Of a stretch of 64,000 nucleotides of DNA, positions 53,186 to 64,000 are shown in pieces (position 1 is the stretch's first letter; every line of letters begins with the position of its first letter). Below the pieces are notes generated by a model, which was not told the origin of the DNA, did not search any database, and worked only from the letters and a program-made list of their open reading frames with translations. This DNA comes from Setoptus koraiensis (taxonomy: Eukaryota > Animalia > Arthropoda). The position numbers and the translations under genes are program-made. Location of the stretch: positions 5,456,001 to 5,520,000 of the forward strand of contig CM106585.1 of NCBI GenBank assembly GCA_048013815.1, given 5' to 3'.

Positions 53186-53223
53186 TTAGTGTTTCTGTGC
53201 GATTACTCGCACAGAAACACTAA
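53186..53223. repeat. perfect 17-bp inverted repeat with 4-nt loop
   Basis: TTAGTGTTTCTGTGCGA-TTAC-TCGCACAGAAACACTAA. Confidence 0.92.
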
Positions 53224-54871
53224 AGAAATAAAGCGGGCTCGCACAATTGCCTGCTCGCGCTGTCTGGTCATTTATTGGTTGCCACGCAACGCGCTGCTAC
53301 TCCGTCATTTGCGCCCATTTCCGGTCCATTGAACGTTCCGGCGTGTGGTTGAGGCTGGTGTGCGAAGCTTGCGAAAAACTTGTTGATCAATTTACCTCGG
53401 CACACGATGGTTTGGCGCGAAACAGAAAGGCGCACAATGATTCGCGTGTGTCGTGTCGTGTCGAGTCAAGCAACTCAATTGGAGCTCGCCAAACCGGAAG
53501 TGCCAGCCCATTTGGGACGCACGCCGGAAACGACGCATACAAACTGACCGATTTTTGTTGCTGTTGGTGTGCACAGTTGCGCACGTTTAGCACGTGCACG
53601 TGGGGCATGAAAAGGAGTTGTCATGCTGAATGTCGGTCATTGTCTATGGAAAACGACAACTATTCTCGGAGCGTGGGGCGCACGTTTGTCACGACAGCAA
53701 GCGGGCAAACAATCTGTGGCGAATGAACAAACTGAATTCATGCGCTAAATGCCAGTTTAACTGACCCATTGGGCGGCTGCCTGCGCCAAACGGGGATTTA
53801 TTCACCATCAATCTATTATTGATGCACCTCGTTGACAGACTGGTTTTCTGGGACACTTTATTCGGACTTTATCCGGACTTTATTCGGGCCTCATTCGGAC
53901 CTTTTCGGACTCGATTAAGACTCGATTCTGACTCGAATCGGACGCGATTCGGGCGCGATTCGGACAGGTAGCGACGCAGCAGATGAGCGAGAGGCGAGGC
54001 AACAACATTATTGCGCAATGTTCTTTTTATCATTGGGCGACCGGGGAAAAAATTGGCTTTTTTCGCCAGTTACGCCATTACGCAACGCATACACACGTTA
54101 GATTAGTGTTTATTGGCATGTTATATCCGAGCGGAAGGCAGCAAGCTAATGAGCACATCTAGTCCGGCAAATGATTGATTGCTGGCCTCTCGTCACTGCA
54201 CCCACCGGCAAGTGCGATCCGGCCACGGGCTTGTGTGTCGCTGCCCGATGGAAAAGCCCGATCAAAAGTGCGCCAGTGTCCGCCCTTGATCGTTTGGTCA
54301 CCGCTCGGTCACAACGGGCCCATTCTGACTGTGTCATTTCTCATGTCGTTATTGCGTCACCGTTCCGTTATCTAGTGCGTTTTTATCTCATCCGTTTTCA
54401 GTGTGTGTGTTGCGTAACTGGCTTGCGCAACACACACACACACACACTAAAAACGTATCAATCTTTCGTGGCGCGTGAGGCCGAAATCGCGAGGAATGAG
54501 CCGCTCGAAATTAATCGCTCGAGTGGGCCCGCTAATGCACACATTTCAGCGCATCATTGAGAAATTTCTCTGAAAAGTATATTTCAATAAGCCGAACGAC
54601 TTAGGCGCCCGAATCTCAGCAACGCCTCGGACAGCCGAAATCGGGCCGGCATTCGGGCCGGCATTCGGGCCGAGATTTGGCCGCTTCAACTCGCTGGCCC
54701 GGAGCGCCGGCCGGCGGCGCGGAGTGGCGAGCCCGAATGCGATAACGGCCAAAGCCAAAATATCAAGTCTGAGCCAGTTATGCAAATGGATGCGGCCGGT
54801 CTAGCCAGGGATAATTGGTGTGGTAGCTGGCCGACGAGTGACAGCTCTTATCGCGCCAGCTCAGCACTGAC

Positions 54872-54874
54872 CGC

Positions 54875-54964
<90 letters not shown>
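54872..54964. repeat. (CG)9 followed by a long (TG)n microsatellite; alternating purine-pyrimidine tract
   Basis: About 93 bp of uninterrupted alternation, read directly. Confidence 0.95.
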
Positions 54965-54967
<3 letters not shown>

Positions 54968-57181
54968 CGGAGGCGCCCTCATGCGTAGCGCCATCTCATT
55001 TAATTACGCAAGAGTTGGTCGTAATGGCGATACACTTTTTGCTTGTCAGCGCAACACACACACACACACACATGCAAACACACACAAATATGATGATGAT
55101 ATTTGGAGAATATGCAAATTAGGCCCGTGTGCGCATCGCCCAATTTGGATACGTCACGCGGCGGTGCGCGGCTGTCGTCGCATTTATCAGCGCGCGCGCG
55201 GCTGGGGCGCCCACTTTGGGGGCGCGCTGACGATTTTGCGCTTGTGTGTGTGTGTGCCGGTCGCCTAGCGACGGCAAATAAGCGCGCGCGCGGGCCCACC
55301 AAACAATTGAGCCGCCTCGGCGTGAGCGGTGCGCGGGCCCGGCAAGAGTGGCGGCGGCGGCGGCGCGGGCCTGTTGAGCGGCGCGGGCTCGTTAGCAATT
55401 TGTCGCTAACGAGCCCGCGTCGCCGCCCAGATTGACGCGGCGGCCGAGATTGATGCGGCGGACGCGCCAAGCGACCAGCCAGCCGACAAGTCGCAATCAG
55501 CGCAATCGCCTGCACCTACAGTCTCCAGAGGCCAGAGAGCAGAGGGGTCAGCGAGAACGGGCGCAATTCAAATTCAAATTTATGCAAGAACAAGATAAGT
55601 TGTTGCGCAACGTTTCATTGTTTGCATCACGCGCGACCGCGCTCGCATTACGTAACGTGTTTCACCTGTGCGCTGCTGAGACTGCCTCAAACTGTGCGCT
55701 GTTGAGACTCGCTCAGACTGTGCGCACCGGTAATATGCGATGATAATGTGCAAATTGCAATGTAACTGTTGGCGCTTCCATCTTTCCGGCTGGCCGTGGC
55801 CGTTGTCGCTGTTGTTGTCGCTGCTGTTGTTGCTGCTGCTGTTGTCGCTGTTGTTGCTGTTGTTGATGCTGCTGTCGCTGTTGTTGCTGTTGTTGATGCT
55901 GCCGTCGTGGTTGTTTTCATATTTTGTGTTGTGTTCATTGTATGCAAATCAGACTTGGCCTGCCTGCCAAGGTTACTGCGGCTCACGCTGCGCAAAACAC
56001 TTGTGTTATCACAAGAGTGTATTATTACGCAATGGCACTTTTGTGTAAAGTGCTGCAAACAACAACAGCGCAAACAAACAAACACCGAAAAGCGCGACCA
56101 TCCAGCAAGACGTGCTGTCGCGGTTGTCGCTGTTGTTGCCGTTGTTGCTGTTGTTGCTGCTGCTGTCGCTGTTGTTGGCGTCGCGGTTGTTGCTGTCGAT
56201 GTGGCGGTTGTTGTGGCGGTTGTTGTGGCGGTTGTTGCTGCTGTCGTATATAGGCGCCGCAAGCCAATAATTGTGTTAATTCTATTGATGCTGCCTACTC
56301 GTCGCCGGCGCATTTTATTTCCATTCATTTTATTTTGTTTCGTTGTGTTTTATGTTCTTCCATGTTTCTCGTGTAATAACACACACAAATACACGCTTTT
56401 GTTGCGCTCTCTCTCTCTCTCGGGCTGCGACGAGTCTAGCCGCGACACAGCCAGCCTGTACTCACGCAAACAATGCATGACGAACAACAACATGACATGA
56501 GCTCGACAGCGAAACAATGCCAGCCAATTCGATTGCCAGCCCCAAGGCCGTTCCTTCGGTCTTGCCAGCCTCGCCAGTCTTGCCAGCCTCGCCAGCCTTG
56601 CCGGTGTGTCGCACGATGATCAGTTCGACAGGTGAGCTCGCCATTGGATCACCTGTCGGCGCGGGCCGACATGGGTGCGGGTTGGCTTGCTGGGCGGCCG
56701 CCCGCGACCCGTCGCGGGCCGTCTCGAATCATCTAGACTCCAGACTGTAGATTCGCGAGCCGTCTCGAGCCGTCGCGAGCCGCCGTGAGCCGCCGCCACT
56801 CGCGAGCTACCTGATCCGGCCGCCAGGTTGCTAGTCGTTCATGTTTCACGCTGCGCAGCCATTTGTTTGTGAGCGCCGGCTGTGGCCGTTTGCTGTCAAC
56901 TGACATTACGACTGATATCAACGGCGCGCCAATAACATTATCTAATATTAACGCTACACAAGCGCACACACGCACACCGACACATACGCACACGTACACC
57001 GACACACACGCACACGTACACCGACACCGACACACACGCACACACGACACACTAATCCATATAGATGACCCGATGCGCGCAACGTTGTTACGCAATGCAT
57101 CATCACAAACAACACGGCGGCACGTATTGCGGCGATTAGCGGCGCGACGTTGGCGCGCTGCGCGGCCCACCTGTGCACACC

Positions 57182-57297
57182 AATCATATGTGCACATGGA
57201 TCATATGCGCTAGCGGATCATATGTGCACGTGGATCATATGCGCACGCGGATCATAGGTGCACACGGATCATATGCGCACATGTATTATATGTGCAC
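57182..57297. repeat. ~19-bp degenerate repeat of GGATCATATGYGCAC with internal palindromes
   Basis: About six units containing CATATG and GTGCAC/TGCGCA. Confidence 0.75.
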
Positions 57298-59385
57298 AGG
57301 TGAGGTGCACACAGCGTGCCAGTACACAAACACTGGGTGGCGGGGTGCACTGCCGTTGCCGCACAGACTTGGCACGCCGCACCGCGGCGTTTGGGGCGCG
57401 GACTCGTGCGCCGCCGGCGAGCTCGCCGAGCGGCTGGTCGGCACACGATGCGACGGCTTGTGTCGACCGGCGGCGCGGCGCGCCAAAATCTGGCGCTCTG
57501 TGCCGAAATCTGGTGCGGCGCGCCAAAATCCGGCGAGACCGGCCCGACTGGATGCGACCAGATATGCGGCGAGAGACGCGGCTAGACGCTGGCTGGGTGC
57601 CGACTGGGCGCCGGCTGGATGCTGGCGACGGCAAAGTAAATTTGCCGTTGGTGCTGCCGTTGTTTGAAGTTGTACAAGTTTGAATGATGACGATTTTCGT
57701 TCAGCGATGCTTATTTTTGGTGGCGCCGCTGTTATGTAACTATGCGTATATAATCCGTCAGTGTAAATAAACAATTGATTGATGATGTGTCACGGCACAG
57801 CAACAACAACAACAACAACTTGCAGTTGTTGTTGCAGCCATTTGGTAGCTGCTAACGGCGGCGCGTTAGATGGAAATGTGCATGCCGCGTGAATAGTAGA
57901 AAAGCGCTATGGGCCGCGCAAACTAATATTGTGAGATCATTGATAAAAGCTGCCTGCCCGGCTGACTTATCTATTTAATGGCAAGCTCGCTCGTCTCGTC
58001 TCGCCCTGCTCAGCTCGCTGTGCGCTGTCGGGTTGTGCGAGCTGAGCGAGCCAACTAATGAACAGCAGCCAAGAGCTGGCGAGCGAGCCAAAGCCCCGGC
58101 GGATCGGATCGGATAAACCGGAGCGCGCAAACAAATGCAAGCAAATGCAGCGAATCAACGCACACACACACACGTCGCCGGGTCCCGCAACCGAAAACCC
58201 GGCAGCCAGCTAACGCGCGGCTCTCGGGCTGCCATTAGACGGCGGCCCGAGATTAGCTGTCTGATTTATCTCGCTCCGTTTGACTAATCAAAGTTAGCGG
58301 CTCGGCTGCCGAGTTGCCACGCTGCCAGTTATACTTTGTTGTTGAGTTACACTTTGTTGAGTTACACTTTGGGGGCCAGACGGGCGATGCGGGCTCCGCA
58401 GGCCGCTGCTGGCAGCTAGCTGGCGCTCAAGCCAGCAGCTCAAGATTAGCCCGTTACGTAATGGCGCCCGGTTGGCGCCACCGTTAGCTGGCTGTTTTCA
58501 ACGCGACAGCGGTACAGTGGTGGTTGGCGTGGTTGTTGCCGTTGTTGCCGTTGCTGCCGTTGTTGCCGTTGTTGGCGTTGTTGCCGTTGTTGCCGTTGCT
58601 GCGCCTGTCACGACAGCGCCGACAACAACAGCTGATCACCTGTTGGGATCGTCTGGCAGTTCGCGTGGGCACGCTCAGGTGCCCCAGCACCCAGGTGGCG
58701 CTAGTTGGCGTGTAGGAGCTAGAATGGCAACAATGGCAAACGGGCCCCAGTGCCAGTAATTGGCCGTCTCGCCAACCAACAATCAGCGCGCTCTGTCGGG
58801 CAAATATTTGCCCACGTGGATGAGGGCCCCACTTCCTGTTGGCGGAACGGGCACGCTCGCTGACAGTGTGTGTGTGTGTGTGTGTGTGTGTTAACAATTG
58901 CGCTGTATATGTATAATATATGTACAGCGTCGTATATTATGTAACGCACGACGGTGTACATATAATATGTAATTTGGCGATGGTATTTAGCGATACAGCT
59001 ACACAAAAACAACAGTGGCAGCTTCTTGGCGCCGTTTTTTGTCGGCCGTCGTTTACCTTTCTCGTGGCTGCCAATCACAAATGACGCAATCGCATATATC
59101 GCGCATCTATTGCGCAATAAATGATAAACACACACACACTGCCTCCCTCCCCCCAATGCAATACAATACAATGCAATGTTGTTGTGCAACTCGATTGTTG
59201 TTTGGATTGTTTGGCGATTGAAAAAATCAGTGCCGCCAATGATTGATCACCGCTGATCTATTGCGCACGCAATTATTAGACCACCGGCGGCTCGCTTACC
59301 TGGCCAGCTCAGCTGGCGAGCTTTGGGCTCGCCGTGGGCTCGCCATGGGCTCGTGTTGCTCACGCTGCCCACACGGCAACAACCG

Positions 59386-59497
59386 GCCAACAACCGGCAA
59401 CAACCGGCCAACAACCGGCAACAACCGGCCAACAACCGGCAACAACCGCCAACAACCGGCCAACAACCGAGAAACAACCGAGCAACAACCGGCCAAC
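59386..59497. repeat. 9/12-bp tandem repeat (CAACAACCGGC)
   Basis: Direct tandem units. Confidence 0.85.
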
Positions 59498-60316
59498 AAG
59501 CGCCACATTTGGCCAGGTACCGGCGCTGCGTTACGTCAAGCTGTGTGAGCGATTGGCCCGAACTGTGTGAGAATAAACAAACAAGTGCACAAACAAACAA
59601 ACAAACAAACGAAGCGCCCAGCTCGGCTGGCATTACGACTCAAGGTCAAGCGGCCGGCAGGCCAACAATTACCAGTGGCCGATCTCGGCCCGCAATCTGG
59701 CCGGCAGAGGGCGGCCGGCACTGTTAACCGGCCGCCCGATGCGGCGGAATCAATCAATCGCCGTCAGACTGTGATGAGCAAAGTGCAATCACGGCCACTG
59801 CCCACTTGATTTCGTCTCAAGTTTCCGAAAAGTTGGCGCCGGCACAGCCCGTCATTTGGTGCCCCCATTGGCCTCTTTGCACAGCTTTGTGCGGCTGAAT
59901 CTCGGCCATACACAGCGCAAAAAGGGGCCCCCATAAACAAGGCCGAATCTTGCCAATCTGGGCCCCTTTTATCGGGGCCCAGATTGGGCGCTCTTTTTAT
60001 CGAGGCCAAGATTGGGGCCCGACAATAAAGGGGGGCCAAATGGGCCAATCACGTGCTACACGTGCCGGCCGGTGTTATGTAACTCGACAATTGGGTCTGT
60101 TTGTTTGAACAATGGTGTTTGTCTTGATCGGCGGCTCGAGTGGCTCGCTTCTAGGCTATGTGTGACCACTAGAGTGGCTTGTATAGCTCGTGTGTAACTA
60201 TTGTGTGTGGCCAAAGTGGCCAGACGGCTCTAGATGGGTCTGAATGGGTCTGTATGAGTCTGTATGGGTCTGGATGGGTCTAGATGGGTCTTGATAGACC
60301 GTGGGGGGGTTATTAC

Positions 60317-63183
60317 CTGCAGATCCAGGAGTGTCGCCGACGGGGTATGGTGCAATTGGGCAGACTGAGCAGGATGGCGGAAGTTTTCATTTTTTTCTGA
60401 TTTGTATTTGCCGCCAAAAGCTGCCTCTGATACAATTGGTACGATTGTTTGTTGAAGCATGCGCCCGCAATGGCACCGAGGGCGCTGCTGTCTTGCTGTT
60501 TGGCGTGTTGTTGCTGCTGTTGTTGTTGCTGTTGTTGTTGCTGCTGTTGTTGCTGTTGTTGTTCGGGTTGACACAAGTCTGGCTGCTCATTGGTATGCAT
60601 GACTTTCGGTTGTTGCGGTTGTTGGGGCTGCTCCACGAGCGTGGCTATTGTGCCCTGATTGGTGGTGACGTCGTTACATAAGAGGCATTTCTTCAAGTGA
60701 CAAATGCAAAAGCTGATGCTCTCGCTGCGCACCTTGTTACTTATCGAGCGCTGTGGTTGTTGTTGTTGTTGTTGTTGCTGTTGTTGTTGTTGCTGTTGCA
60801 GGCTAATTTGCATTTTTGTCGCCGATGACGCGGCCGATATGATTTTGGGCGTCACGCCGATGGTCGACTCGATTGCATTAATGAGCGTCGCATTGATTAG
60901 GTCCGGATGATCCAATTGCTGTATTGGGTGGCTGTGTCTCGTCTGCCTTCTGGCCTGGCTGCTCGACGCGCCGCTCGCCGATTGCGAGCTCCACGCCGAC
61001 CGACTGTGCGCCGTCGGGCCGCCACCCGACAATTGCCCGCGACAATGGGCCGCCGATGACGCCACCTCTGACACTTGACAGACTTGATTGTTGCTGTTGT
61101 TGCCGCTGTTGTTGCTCGGCTTGCTGTTGCTGCTGTTGTTGCCGCTGTTGTTGCTGTTGGTGTCGCTGTTGGTGTTGTCTAGTTTGCTGTCGTTGTTGGC
61201 TGTTCGGCTGCTGTTGGCACCGCTGACGTCGTTGTTTGTTTGTTGCTTGCTTGTGGCGTCGGCACGCAATTCCATGCCGCAAGCCGGCATCAGCTCGTCG
61301 TGCCGGCCCGAACAGCTTACATCGGCGCTGCCAACAGCTGTTGCCGGCGTGCCCGTCACGATTACGCAAGCGACACGCTGACCGTCTTGTCCCGCCGCCG
61401 CCGCCGGCGTGCTCGCTCGCTGCCCAACAGCTGATTGGGCGCAGCCAGCCAGTTGGCCTTCTTGGGCTCTGCTTGTCGCCGTTGTTGTCGCTGCGGTTGC
61501 TGTTGTTGCTGCGGGTGCTGTTGTTGCTGCGGGTGCTGTTGTTGCTGCTGTGGTTGTCGCAAGTGTCACACTGCGTCTGCCGTCACTTGTCCGGCAACCG
61601 CTGATCGGGCTCGCCTGATCGTTGTTTGCGCCACGGCCATTTTCGGGCGGGCACGACGGACCGCTTGCGGCCGCTGCGCTGGCCCGCTGTCCGCTCTGGC
61701 TCGGGCCGGCACTTGATTGATCCGTTCTCACTTGATCCGCGCTCGCCATGGCATCTTGCTGTTGTTCGCACGATAGTTGCGCCCCTGTCACCACCGACGA
61801 TGCACGATCTGTATCTGGCCGCTGCTGGCCCCTGTCTGCCGGCTGGCCCGCTGGGGCCCAGCTCACCTGTGCTGGCCGGTGCTGTCGCAGCGGCGCAGTC
61901 GGTCTGTTGGGGGCGTCGCTGCACTGGCTCGCTGACTGTGGCCCCATTTTGTGCGCCCCTAATTGCGCCTCATTATGCGCCGGCCGCCCGACGTTGTCCG
62001 CTAATTGGGGCCGTCGCATCCGCTCTTGTTGTGTCGGTTGTTGTTGCTGCTGTTGCTGATGTTGCTGTTTTTGCTGTTTTTGTTGTTGTTGGGCCGTCTT
62101 GGTGCCGCTCGCTTGTTGACATGCTCCATCATCCCTATTATCTCTATTACCTCTAATACCCCCGCTGTCCGCATCAAGCCCGGCACGCCCATCGCCCCCG
62201 TCGCGGCCACTGTCTCTGTCGGGCTTGTTGGTGTCCGTCGGGGCTGCCGCTACGTTGTGCTGCTTTGTTGTCTTTTGTTTCAATTGGCTCAGTTGCGTCT
62301 TCAACTGTCTCAACTGTTTTGCTGGCGCCAAATTGTTGCATCTGCCGCTCTCAGTCTCACCTGGCGAGCTCGCGGACCCGGCCGGCTGGCCGGCGCCCAA
62401 CTGGCTCAGGATCGCCTTCAGCGGGGACCCGACGAGGGCGTGCCTGGGCTTGGCTTTGGGGCCCGGTGGCGGGCCGGCGCCGCCCGTCTCTTCGGTCATG
62501 GGATTTTGGCTGGCGATTCTTTTCTGCGTGTCGCTGCTTGTATTGTTGTTGCTGCTGTGATTGTTGCTGCGCGTTCGGTTGGCCTCAAAATTGATGGCGT
62601 CGAAACTGGACGACAATTGACTTGCCTGCGTGGCGCCCTCTCTGGCGATGACACTGCTCACACTGTTCGATCGGGCCACTTCTGGCAGCTTGTCGTCGAC
62701 TGGTCGCCGGTGAGCCGAGGGGGCGCCACCGACCGGGCCGGACAAATGCGTCGCTGCGAGCGGTCGCTTGAGGTCGCGTTTCCGTTTTGGTTTGTCGGGT
62801 TGTTGCGGTTTTTCTGTCGGTTTTTCTGTCGGTTTGTCTGTCGGTTTGTGCGTCGGTTTGTGCGTCGGTTTGTCCGTCGGTTTGTCTGTGGGTTTGCGTG
62901 GCGGTTCGCCGAGTTGTGGCTCGATTGGCAAGTTAATTTGAGCGTTTTGCAACTGTTTCGAGTGTTCGTTTGAGTCGTTGTTTTGGAGCGCGAATTGCGC
63001 GTCTTGCACGTTTTGCACATATGCCCGCTTGTCGGGCACAACACTGTTACTGTTTGCTGTGTCTGTTTGGTGACTGTGCTGCGCACTGTGCTGGCGACAA
63101 TGATGCTGCGCCGCGCCAAACTTGTTCATCATCGGCTTCTCTGATGATGATGGCTGCCACAGCTTGCCCATAGCTCCTCCCAT
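60317..63183 (-). CDS. dnc: dunce alternative first coding exon A (955 codons, Q/N/S/T-rich, ends ...SLPNCTIPRRRHSWIC)
   Basis: In-frame TAG just upstream of ATG 63183. RRHSWIC is identical to the end of the human PDE4D3 unique N-terminus. The ORF stop lies inside the donor AG|GTAATA. Phase 2 joins 32414 in frame (..WICS-LDSDN). Confidence 0.85.
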
Positions 63184-63940
63184 CACATACTAGGCATACG
63201 TATTATTATTACTATTACTATTATTGTTGTTATTATTATGTAATATTATATAATATTATGCGATATTATTATGTAATATTACAGTATAATAACAACAAAT
63301 TTGACTGTGCGCAACAAATCACGTAACAACGCTGCGCGTCAAGACGCCGCTCGCGGCTGCTTAATGGCTTAATGGCTGCCGTGCGAAGTCGGCGCTGGCC
63401 GCATTATACGCCGGGCCCGGCGTCGCTTTATGGCGTCTGGATGGCGCTTGTCGGGCGCTAGTCGGGCTAGTCGGGCTCGTCGGGCTCGTCGGGCGCGGAC
63501 ACGGGTCTTAGTCGCAAAGTGAGTGTGACTAATTTAGTTGGCTTGGGGCCGACGATTCGGTCGGCGCTGAAATTGTTGCTGTGTTATTATATTGATATTG
63601 CGTAATAGTTGTGCTATGTTGTTGCGACTATGTCGGCTATTGTGTCGCTATTATGCGCTCATTATTCAACTTGACACAATTGACGACGACATTGCGTAAG
63701 TTGTTGCAAATTGCGCAAATTGTCGCTCTTTACACACACACACACACACACACTCACACACTCGCTGCTCGGCAAGCTAGCTGCTCATTACACACGGCGT
63801 AGCCCGTGGGCGCCATCGGGCCCCCAATGGCAAGGGGCAATTTGCATCCGCTGTCGTATATCCGCCGCTGAGCGTCGGCTGTCGGCTGTTGTGTCACTTT
63901 GTCACTAATATCTGCTCAATATCTGTGATACTGTGATACC

Positions 63941-63947
63941 AACTGAT
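63941..63947 (-). promoter_or_regulatory. candidate arthropod initiator (ATCAGTT) for exon A transcripts
   Basis: Matches the TCAGTY Inr consensus ~760 nt upstream of ATG 63183. The motif is short and weak on its own. Confidence 0.2.
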
Positions 63948-64000
63948 ACTGTGCTGTGATACGCACTGGCGAGCCAATCACTGGCAACGAGATGATTTTC

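Larger units (their letters stand above)
5191..63183 (-). other. dnc: 5' portion of a dunce/PDE4 cAMP phosphodiesterase gene (alternative first exons, UCR1 exon, long introns); continues beyond the left edge
   Basis: UCR1 PKA motif RRESFLYRSD at ~32.3 kb and PDE4D3-like RRHSWIC at ~60.3 kb, on the same strand, in the correct order and with compatible splice phase. No HGxDLIVTPFAQ, UCR2 or catalytic exon found by eye. Assignment of the exons left of 32.2 kb to this gene is inference. Confidence 0.85.

Noticed and set aside
9030-60065. CACGTG E-boxes as a clock signature
   Set aside because: My rough count (~17) is close to the uniform expectation (~16).
1-64000. Hundreds of short and antisense ORFs rich in poly-V/L/C/A/T
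   Set aside because: They are alternative-frame or antisense readings of CAA/CAG/GT microsatellites and of the real exons, with no domains and no splice logic.
1-64000. Abundant GGGCCC, GGCGCC and CGGCCG palindromes
   Set aside because: They are spread evenly through coding and non-coding DNA, most likely a genome-wide compositional trait that cannot be evaluated from one window.

Overview
Eukaryotic (arthropod-like, possibly mite) genomic DNA, rich in microsatellites and low-complexity sequence. Most of the six-frame ORFs are artefacts of CAA/CAG-type repeats. The window is best read as the 5' half of a minus-strand dunce/PDE4 (cAMP-specific phosphodiesterase) gene. The anchor is a conserved UCR1 exon at 32226-32414 (SPSTGLIL..RRESFLYRSDNDFETSPKTVSRHSS). 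Four very large, low-complexity coding exons (250-1094 codons) each end at a phase-2 GT donor, and one ends in the PDE4D3-type RRHSWIC motif. Two of these exons lie upstream and two downstream of the UCR1 exon. I found no UCR2 or catalytic exons, so they probably lie beyond the left edge. A single-exon membrane-protein gene with two PPxY motifs is nested in an intron on the same strand. Two compositionally different islands (~10-12.1 kb and ~38.8-47.5 kb) look like transposon relics or unassigned nested sequence. Non-coding DNA carries a strong excess of PAR-bZIP-type RTTAYGTAAY sites (at least 27 counted by eye) and one site with extended complementarity to bantam miRNA. No rRNA, tRNA or CRISPR array is supported.
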